Of a stretch of 64,000 nucleotides of DNA, positions 12,994-23,200 are shown piece after piece. The notes beneath the pieces were generated by a model. It saw only the letters and a program-made list of their open reading frames with translations. It had not been told where the DNA came from and searched no databases. Each line of letters opens with the position of its first letter. The first letter of the stretch is position 1. The position numbers and the translations under genes are program-made. Source of the stretch: Okamejei kenojei (Eukaryota). The stretch is taken from assembly GCA_035221665.1 (NCBI GenBank), contig CM069159.1, positions 25,482,001 to 25,546,000 on the forward strand. The letters run 5' to 3'.

Positions 12994-15519
12994 ATGTCCT
13001 AGTATTATAGAAAAACTATTGTTTGTTTATATTATTAAATAAACCTTACATTGAATTATTACTACATGGAATGCAATGTTACTACTAATGCATTATTTCT
13101 CATTCGAGTCAATCAATGCAGTGGGATGCTGAGTTTGTAATCTGCGGCATGAAATCACAAAGCTTTGAACTCTTCATGGAATCACTCACGTGACTCCGAA
13201 GTAAAATAGTAATATTAAATGAGAACTTACCAGTTTGAAGTTTGATCTTGATTTTATGAGGAGGAACGTCGGTGATTACGTGCCCACCACGCCCAGCCCT
13301 CTCTCATAAAAGATCATCTGGTAGTTCTCGAGTCACTGATCTTACTGTTTAACTTCGGTGTTGTTTATTTGTGATTTCACACCGCTGCTTTGAAGATTGG
13401 TGCACAAGCGGCCTGGTGGGTCTTCACATAATCACCAACGTTCCTCCTCTTAAAATCAAGATCAAACTTCAAACTGGTAAGTTCTCATTTAATCTTACTA
13501 TTTTAAAGCCTTTTTTTAAAATTGTTTCCAGATTCGTGTACCACTATGTATTATTGGGTTTTCCCTATAGGTTTTTTTGTGCCATTGTGTCGGTGCAAAC
13601 ATAATCGAACCGATTTCAAAAGGTAAACAGTCCTCCTTTTCCATCCTTAACCAGTCTGGTTGTTGATCCATTTCTTCCAGCCAAAAATTCATGTTTTTAA
13701 TATGGACTGCCCAAAAATAAAACAAAAAATTTGGTAGAGCTAAACCTCCATTAATCTTTGATTTACATAAATGTTTTTTACTTATTCTATGATTCTTATA
13801 ATCCCAGATGAAACTTGTAACAGTAGTCTACTTTAAAAAAAAAAAAATAATTTGGAATATATATAGGGATTGACTGAAATAAGTACAATAATTGCAGCAA
13901 AATATTTTTTTATAGCATTAATTCTACCGAACATTGAAATAGGGAGTGTTTTCCAATATTGAATATTCTTGTTTAGTTTATTCAGTAAAGGTGGGAAATT
14001 TGATTTAAATAAAGAAGTATAGGTCTTAGTTACATAAGTACCTAGATATTTAAATCTTGCAGTGTATGTAAATTGAGTTTAGCTATTGGCATGACTTCGC
14101 TTTTATTCCAATTAATTCTATATCCTGAAAACTGACCAAATTGAGTTATTAGGTATAATAAATTTGGAATACTAATTTCTGGCTTTATAATATATATTAA
14201 TACATCATCTGCATATAAAGAGATTTTATTCATTGTATCTTTAGTATTGTACCCATGTATTTCTGGATGAGCTCTGACACTTTCTGAGAGTGGTTCAATT
14301 GCTATAGCGAATAATAATGGAGATAGTGAGCATCCTTGTCTACAACCTCTAGAAAGATTAAATTTAGTTGATAATACTTGGTTTGTTAGTATTCTAGCTG
14401 TTGGGTTGGAATATAACCGTTTAACCCACGTACAGTACTTCTCTCCCAATTGAAATTTTTCCATCACCAAAAATAAATGACCATTCTACCTGATCAAAGG
14501 CCTTTTCAGCATCTAGCGAAATAATTGCTAGATCTGCATTAGGAATTCTATTTGAGTATATAATAAATAAACGTCTCAGATTGTAAAATGAGTGACATTT
14601 TGGGATAAAACCTGTTTGGTCGGGGTGTATTAATTTGTTAATCACTAGACTCAATCTATGAGATAGGATTTTAGTTAATATTTTCTGATCAGTATTTAAA
14701 AGAGCTATTGCTCTATATGAGGCTGGGTCTTCCATATCCTTATCAGTTTTGGGTATAAGTATTATTGTAGATTCGTTTAACGTTTCCGGGAGTTTCTGTT
14801 GAGTATAAACGTGTTTATACAATGTTTGTAAGCGTGGGGAAATCAGATCATACATTTTTTAAATAAAATTCGGAGCTTAGGCCATCGGGGCCTGCAGTCT
14901 TTCCATTCTTTAGAGATCTAATTGACTCTTCAATATCTTTTATCGTTATTTCAGCACCTAATAGTTCTTGCTCTTGCAAATCTAAACCTTTAAGATTAAA
15001 TTTAGGTAAAAATGCTTCCATTCCTGTTGATTGTTCTGTCACTTTAGTTGAATAAAGATATTGATAGTATTGTGAAAATCTGTTATTAATATCTTTAGGA
15101 AGTGTTAATATTTCTCCCTTATCTGATCTGATCTAATCTTATGAATCGTTTTTTCCCCCGTCCAATTTACGAAGCACACATGCTAATAGTTTTTGTGGTT
15201 TATCACCAAATTCAAAATTTAATAATTGTTTTGTATGTTGATATAATTTTATTACTTGGTCAGAATATATTTTATTTAACTTATATTTCAGTGCAGTGCT
15301 GCAATTTTATTATGTTTTGCTAATGAAAGTGCTCCTGCATTTTCTATATCTAATTGCCTTATTTCCATTTTCAATGTCTGTTGTTTAGCCCTATTCTCTT
15401 TATTAAGAAATGCCTTCAATGAGAGATTTGGAGATTCTTTCAGTCAACCTGATGGCATCTAAATCTAGCATGTCCACAAGTTCTTCAGCCACTGGAAGCT
15501 GAACAAACAAGGCATCCGT

Positions 15520-15648
15520 TGGGGTGGGAGATTGCAACCTTCACATGGTCCTCCCTGTTTCGACGAATGCAATCAACCTGGCAGGCACAATCAAATGCAA
15601 AAAGTTGTCCTCCAAATTTAGGCTGTGCATGCCATACGCAAGAAGAAA
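15520..15648 (+). mobile_element. ~140-bp (GAA)n-tailed SINE-like element, copy 1 of 4
   Basis: GGGGTGGGAGATTGCAACCTTCAC...TTTAGGCTGTGCATGCCATACGCAAGAAGAA, matching the copies at 19237, 27807 and 28769. Confidence 0.75.
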
Positions 15649-16274
15649 GCGCCCGTGCAATATTTGAATATATTTCCCTCATGGATAGGAAAAAAAAGCA
15701 TTGTAAATTCAGCGTGCAAATTCATGCCATCTGCAAATTGCATTGTGACCGATCATCCAAATACTCCCGCATGCAAAGGCCGCACTGTGTAACTACCGCA
15801 GGCTGACTTAACAGCTGTTTCTCTCAGCCTTGTTTGCCAAAGGTGTTCTAGAAACCTATAAGGAAGCCGACTGAAAAAAAAGTTGCAGCAGGATTCAATA
15901 ATGGCTTCCTGTCCTTTGGTTATCTGGTGCAATTAATTTGATACGAATGGAAATTTAAAGCCAGCACCTTCGATAGAAAGGTTGACATGGTTACAGAGAA
16001 TTCAGATGTGTGGAGAAAATAGGCATGACGGCAGAACAGCACAGATTACAAATACAGCAAAAAGGCGATTTGGCAGAATGTACAGCCAGGTAAATTCTCT
16101 AATACATTGGCTGGAGCCAAATTTATTCAAAACACCTGTTCAGGTGTACAATATATTCAGGATACGAGATACAGTAAGTAAATAGTGCTCCTGGCTTTCC
16201 CTCTGCAGATGGCATTACACAATCTCTTGCAAGTGTAATAATCCTATTTAACAATAAGACATTTGTTTTTTGCA

Positions 16275-17350
16275 GGAAAATTGTTCCCGATGTTGGGGGA
16301 GTCCAGAACCAGGGGTCACTGTTCAAGAATAAGGGGTAGGCTATTTAGGACTGAGATGAGGAAAAATATTTTCACCCAAAGAGTTGTGAATCTGTGAATT
16401 CTCTGTCACGGAAGGCCAATTCACTGGATGTATTCAAGAGAGTTTGATATAGCTCTTCGGGCTAACGGAATCAAGGGATATGGGGAGAAAGCAGGAACGG
16501 GGTATTGATTTTGGATGATCAGCCATGATCATACTGAATGATGGTGCTGGTTCGAAGGGAACCTATTTTCATGTTTCTATGTCCATGTTTTTCTTTCTGA
16601 TGGGCTGCCTTTTGTTGGAGTGCAGTGAAGATAATAGATCATATGTACAGATAAAATACATTTGCCAGTTTACATTGATATCGCAATAAATAGTTTTAAG
16701 ATACATGTTGATTAAAACAAAAGAACCCTGCATTTTATTTCTTGAAGATATGATGCTTCTTTGACTAACAATCATGAACCAAGATAAATAGTGATAGAAA
16801 TAGTATGTGACGGCTTATCTCAACACGTGTGGGAGGCATTTAAGCCCAACATACAGACAATAGACAAAAGGTGCAGGAGTAGGCCATTCGGCCCTTCGAG
16901 CCAGCACTGCCATTCAATGTGATCATGGCTGATCATCCTCAATCAGTACCCCGTTCCTGCCTTCTCCCCATATCCTCTGACTCCGCTATTTTTAAGTCAT
17001 ATCTAGCTCTCTTGAAAGCATCCAGAGAACCTGCCTCCACCGCCCTCTGAGGCAGAGAATTCCACAGACTCATCACTCTCTGTGAGAAAAAGTGTTTCCT
17101 CGTCTCCATTCTAAATGGCTTACTCCTTATTCTTAAACTGTGGCCCTGGTTCTGGTCTCCCCCAACATCGGGGACACGTTTCCTGCCTCTAGCGTGTCCA
17201 AGCCCTTAACAACCTTAGATGTTTCAATGAGATGCCCTCTCATCCTTCTAAACTCCTGCGTATACAAGCCAAGCTGCTCCATTCTCTCAGCATATGACAG
17301 CCCTGCCATCCCACGAATTAACATTGTAGACCTATTCTGCATTCCCTCAA
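16275..17350. mobile_element. Two tail-to-tail CR1-type LINE 3' fragments (16275-16565 plus strand; 16850-17350 minus strand)
   Basis: 'LSYAERMEQLGLYTQEFRRMRGHLIET' remnant. The 3' UTRs are mutually reverse-complementary (GGGGAGAAAGCAGGAACGGGGTA). Confidence 0.8.
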
Positions 17351-19236
17351 TAGATTTAAAGACAAATGTTCCTAATCGTATCAAAGATAAAGGACAAATT
17401 ATTTTTTGGCTTTGGTAACAAAACATGCTGGAGAAACTCAGCGGGTGAGGCCCGAAAGGTCACCTATTCCTTCTCTCCATAGATGCTGCCTCACCCGCTG
17501 AGTTTCTCCAGCATTTTTTGTCGACCTTTGATTTTTCCAGCATCTGTAGTTCTATCTTAAACATTATTTAGCTTTGGATTCTTCTTGAGGCATTGAACTG
17601 ATGTAACCTGTTCTTTTACCGTTTCAAAGGTTGCCGGGAATGGGAAAAATAATGAACAAAAACATAACGGGATCGGTGTTGGCATAAATTACTGTTAACA
17701 TGAGAATTGTAATTTGCTTAAAACTTGGACTGATTGCTAGTTAGGAGACAACCTGGACAGAGTCTAGACTTGGGGGGGAAAAGATCACGGGAATGCACAA
17801 TGTCAATGGATTTCTACCTCTCCAATACTGTGTGTGTTGGGAATAGTGTCTTTATTTTTGTTATTTATTTATTAGCACTTTTTTAATTTGTTGCAATATT
17901 TTACACATGCAGCTTTTGATTCTAAATCACCGCTTTGGCGTTAAAGTTGTGTCATGATTTCCAATTCATTCATCATCGTTGAAAACATTAGCGACGCCGG
18001 TTTCCTGGTTCTTTTACCGTTTCAAAGGGGGGGGGGGGGGGGAAGAGAAGAGAGAGCACCCCCCGCCATGGGTCCATTGTAATCGTGTGTTACCTGCTCC
18101 ATGGTCGGATAGTCGGCGACTAAACCGTCACCCGCACCTGGAGGAGGGGGCTGTGGACCCCCAGCAGGACCAAAAACAAGACCCGACAAAGGGCGGATGA
18201 GCTCCCAGCAAGCCAACAGCCATCCACACTTCAGTAGAAGTTGCGATCACTGTCGTACACAGCATTGTAAAGAACAGTGATGATTTCCAAGGAGTATGCT
18301 AATATTTTCAGGGAATTCACAAATGGAAATTACTGTGCAGTCAATAGATATACATATGTAAGGCGATATAAGGAACTACAGACGCTGGTTTATGAAAAAA
18401 GATAGTGCTGGAGTAAATCAGCATCACGGGAGAAGATGGATGGGTGCTGTGTCGGATTGGGACCCTTCTTCAGAATGATGGTGGTGGGGAAGGGGAGAAA
18501 GCTGGAAGAGAGGAAGGGCTGGACAAAGCCTGACGAGTGATAGGTGGATACAGGCGAGGGAGGGCAGATAAAGGCCAGAGATGAAAGGAAAGAAAGGTTT
18601 GAAATAAGGATAGTCCAAATTGTGAAGGCAGATGATGGAAGATAAGAGGAAGGGGAGAAATGGGCATGAGGCCAAGTGGTGCAAGGGGTTCTTGGTGGTT
18701 AGTGTTCATACCATAAAGCTGCAAACCACAGCCAGAATCTTTCCTGCTGGGGTCACAGATGTAGTTCCATGTGTTTTGTTTTAATGAGCTGAGCCACAAG
18801 TCTATGATGGACAAATGTCATTGAGTTTACTTAAATAATTTTTTTTAAATGAATTCCATGACAAGACCAAGATTAAAGAGCAGAACACTGGGCACTAGGC
18901 TGGTGGATAATGTTAAATTCTGTTTCAACCGTACATAGATTCATTTTTTTGTTGAAAGAACAAAATAATTATGTACAAACAAGTGTTCATCTACAAATTA
19001 CGGAGTGTAAATTCTTGGCCAATATAAATTACTTTCTTTTGGCTTTCCAGATGTTTGACAGATGGTTCACATGACCAGATTGACTAATGTACATCAAGTT
19101 CACATTTAACTTTTTAGAGGTGCTGATAAACCATACTGTGGCACATACCATCACACAAAGAAAACCCCAGTGGATTTAATCACCTTCGAAGCACCCTATG
19201 GAGCCATTCACACAGACATTGAGCACATCTCAACCT

Positions 19237-20138
19237 TCTTCTTCTTTCGTGCGGTGTGCACAGCCTAGAGTTGTTGGACAACTTGTTCTATTTGATCTTC
19301 TGTTTGTGCGTGTCGAGTTGATTGCATTAGGATGACAATGAGCTGGCTTGCAGGGAGGAGGTGAAACAACTGGTGGACTGGTGCAATACGAACAACCCGA
19401 TCCTGAGTGTCTAAAAAACAAAGGAAAAACCGGCACAGTCCCACACCACTTCACATCAATGACAGCGATGTGGAGGTGGTCAGTAGCACTAAGTTCCTGG
19501 GGGTGCAGATCACTAACAGTCTGACCTGGTCAAATAACATCTCATCAACAGTCAAGAGAGCGCAACAGCGGTTGCACTTTCTGCGCCGGATAAGAAGAAC
19601 TCGCCTCCCCCATCCCGTCCTCACCATTTTCTACAGGGGCACCATGGAGGGTATTTTGACCAGCTGTATCTCTGTCTGGTTTGGGGACTGTAAAGCCTCC
19701 GACTGGAAGTCCGTGCAGAGAGTGGTGAGGATAGCGGAAAAAATCATCGGGACTTCTCTCCCCTCAATCGGGGACATTGCAAGCAAACATTGCGTGTCTA
19801 AGGCCAGCAGTATTATAAAAGACCCCACACATCTCCATCACGGACTGTTCACTCTGCTGCCCTCGGGCAAAAGATAACGTAGCATAAGGAGCAGAACATC
19901 AAGGTTCTGCAACAGCTTCTTCCCACGAGCCATCAGACTCCTGAATGCCATGTAATGGGCTGCCACCATTGTCTATTTTATCCTTCTGTTTATTATCGTG
20001 TTGCACGGGGAGCCAAATGCAACGGAATTTTGTTTGGAATTGCATATATCGATGTATTTCTAAATGACAATAAAGTTTGTTTGTTTGACTATTAGTCGAA
20101 ACAGGGCGGACCACGTGAAGGTTGCAATCTTCCACTCC
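19237..20138 (-). mobile_element. (GAA)n-tailed SINE-like element, copy 2, split by a Rex/Babar LINE
   Basis: Halves at 19237-19330 and 20091-20138. 13-bp TSD CACATCTCAACCT at 19224-19236 and 20139-20151. Confidence 0.8.
19331..20090 (+). mobile_element. Rex1/Babar-type LINE 3' fragment
   Basis: ORF 19407-19877 'KFLGVQIT..LTWS.NISSTVKRAQQRLHFLRR...LLPSGKR'. AATAAA followed by a (GTTT)n tail. ATTAG duplicated at 19326-19330 and 20091-20095. Confidence 0.88.
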
Positions 20139-20299
20139 CACATCTCAACCTGAAGGGCAACTTTATTTGCACAAAGGGTGGTAGGTATATGGAACTGGCT
20201 GTCAAAAGAGCTGGTTGGGGTGTTTCTAAACTTCACAGATGTTGCTTGACATGCTAAATTCCTCCAGCAATTTGTATTTTTTTCCCTCCCGACTCCAGC

Positions 20300-23200
20300 A
20301 AAATAACTGTTACATAAAACCTTCTGATAACAATGAACAAAACTGAGGATTATCATCTGGGACTAGTTCTTCTGTTAAACCAGGATACCAGAAAATGTTC
20401 TCAATTGTGCGATCATGCACACAGTTCAGAACCTGACATTTGTTTCAAGCAATTGTTATTGAGTTCTAAGTAGTTTTCAATCCTATTCTCGTAATAATCA
20501 ATGGAAAGATCTTTGGAAAGGTCCGATTAGCCATTTCCAACTCGGTAAAAGGTATTTTAGTTAGTTTGTATTGCAATATTGACAGATAGTACACTTATCT
20601 GCCTTGCTCTTTGAAGCATTTATCTAGTGCAGACAAATATACTTCAAGCAATTGCCTTCACTCACACGGCATGAATAATCAATGCAAAGCTCTTCTTGAA
20701 CTTGTCTTCTCAACACACTGGGTGTGATAATTCCATCTTCCCATTTAACACAACCTTGTTCAATCAACATTTCATCGATTGTGCATTTGTAGTAGTCCCT
20801 TTCTTTCATCTGTCCATCTTTTTATATTTTCATCCTACAGCTAAAAATGGCCCGTTTGCTTTATCATCATTACTTTCTTGCATATCTTTCATTCATTGTT
20901 CTTTATCTTTCCACATCACCGTCCAAATCTCTCGTTTCCCTTATCCCTAACCGGAAGAATGATCTCGACCTGAAAAGTCACCCTTTCCTTCTCTCCAGAG
21001 ATGCTGCCTATTCCACCGTTACTCCAGTTTTTTGTGTCTCTCATCCTTTTAAGAATTTCTTTCACACATTGTAGAACATTTTTTGTCATCGAATCATAGG
21101 GTCAGCCTCACACAGCAGAGCCAAACGACCTTCAGTCCATTGTTTAGGTGCTGATCATTAGGTACTTGTCCACATTAATTCCATTTACTAGCACTTGATT
21201 CATAGCCATCCATGCCTTAGTGATTCAAGAGTTTCTGCCTCCACCACTCACTCAGGCAATGTGTTCCAGATTAGATGTGTTCCTCTCTTAAAATAGGGTC
21301 TCAACCTGAATCATTGTCTGAAGAAGGGTGTCGACCCGAAATGTCACTCATACCTTCTCTTCAGAGATGCTGCCTGAACCGCTGAGTTACTCCAGCTTTT
21401 TGTGTATTTTAGGATTAAACCAGCATCAGCAGTTCCCTCCTACTCATTGTATGTTCATTCCCTCCACATATGCTGCCTGATCCGCAGAGTTTTTCCAGCA
21501 CTTTGTAATTCAAAAAAGTATCAGCTTCCATTGTGAATCAGGAGAGCCAAGTTAGGCTTTTTTTTCATCTCCCAAGTTCTCCATAATCACAGAAGATTAT
21601 TTAATCTCAAGCAAGTCAAATATTGCCCAATATGCAATTTAGATTAGGAGTCAACAACATCGCCTGGCCAGGCTGACCCCCGCAACTCTGACCCAGTTGC
21701 CACCACCAGGACAATAGGCCTTTATGGCCAAGTTAAGACCCTACATTTTTAACAACTTTGCACTTGAATCATACAAAATGGTGGCAGAAACATGGTGATA
21801 CATATGCTGTTAAAGAAGGAACTGCAGATGCTGGAGAATCGAGGGTACACAAAAGGCTGGAGAAACTCAGCGGGTGCAGCAGCATCGAAGGAGCGAAAGA
21901 GATAGGCGACGTTTCGGGTCGAGACCCTTCTTCAGACTGGTCAGGGAAACGAGAGATGTTTCCTCTCGGTCCTGGGCCTCCTCCACAGCCAGAGTGAGCA
22001 ACACCGCAAGTTGGAGGAACAGCACCTCATATTCCGCTTGGGGAGTCTGCATCCTCTGGGACTTGAACATTGAATGTTCTCAATTCTGTTAACCCTTGCT
22101 GTCTCCTCCCCTTCCCACCTCTCCCTCAGCCCCTGGCTCATATTCTCATTCTCTCTCATTCATTCTCATTCTCTCTCATTCATTCTCCCTCCCCCTCCCT
22201 CCCTAGTCGCACCAGCTTCTCATTTTCACACCACAAACAGCTTACAATGGCTTGTTCCCTTTATCATCGATACTTTTTTGCATATCTTTCATTCATTGTT
22301 TCTTTATCTCTCCACATCACTATCTCTCGTTTCCCTGATCCCCGACCAGTCTGAAGAAGGGTCTCGACCCGAAACGTCGCCCATCTCCTTCGCTCCTTAG
22401 ATGCTGCTGCACCCGCTGAGTTTCTCCAGCCTTTTGTGATACATATGCTGACTCAGTTTAACCTACTGTCCCTACACTCTTGCCCCAAGTATGTTGTGCC
22501 TATGTATAGCAAAGGTTTTCCCGAACTGTATGGGGAAAATAAGTAATTTCACTGTACCTAGGTACATGTGACCATAAAGTGCCATTGAACCAACAATACG
22601 GATAGTGTTGAAACCCTCATACAACGGGCGTAACTGCACACTGACTATGCTTTCCCAATGGACCTAAAAGATTGACATCTAGCTAATAATTTAGCAACTT
22701 GCGCAGCTGTGTCTTTAGAACAAAATCAAACACTAAATGCAAGCTGGCCAATTTCTGCATAGTCTGATCTCAAAGTGATGAGCATGTCATCGGTGCTAGC
22801 AAGCTGCATTTATTCTCCAATGGCCTTCGCAGTGACACCCAGTATAGATCCAACTAGAAATGACCAAACTCCAGACTTCATTAAAACCATAGCTCGATCA
22901 GACAGGATTCAAATTACAAAGGAAAGATGATCTGACTACACTGAATATTCTTAGAATTATAGATATTCATTATCTGGGCCAGCGCATCCTTACTGGCTAG
23001 AAAAGGTGCTGTCTCTTTCAGTAACTTACAAGTCTTTCAGTGCAGAACAGGAAGCATGTTAAAAAGTAATGAGGGCTTCTGCAAATAAAAACTGCTGGAG
23101 GAAATCAGTGGGTCAAGCAGGCAGCGTCGATAGAGGAAGCAGACAGATGGTGTTTTGAATGGTGGTATGAATATTGATTTCTCTAATTTCAAGTAACCCT

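Larger units (their letters stand above)
8241..13505 (+). mobile_element. Full-length but decayed DIRS1-like tyrosine-recombinase retrotransposon
   Basis: Domain order is gag, RT (YLDD), RNase H, adenine methyltransferase, tyrosine recombinase. Inverted termini at about 8262-8301 and 13391-13436. An internal complementary region (ICR) at about 13171-13278 matches both ends. Confidence 0.95.
7002..15416 (-). mobile_element. 5'-truncated L1-clade LINE (ORF2 remnant), split by a DIRS insertion at 8241-13505
   Basis: RT motifs ISLDAEKAFDQVEW, GCRQGCSLSPLLFAIAIEPL and ISLYADDVL; C-terminal region 'LIQFKVLHRLHYS...CDKC'. Poly(A) tail reads as a T-run at 7004-7015. 13-bp TSD CAATGAGAGATTT at 6989-7001 and 15417-15429. 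Confidence 0.92.

Noticed and set aside
15914-15925. CTTTGGTTATCT matches nucleotides 2-13 of miR-9
   Set aside because: The sequence diverges immediately afterwards and no complementary hairpin arm is visible; most likely a chance match.
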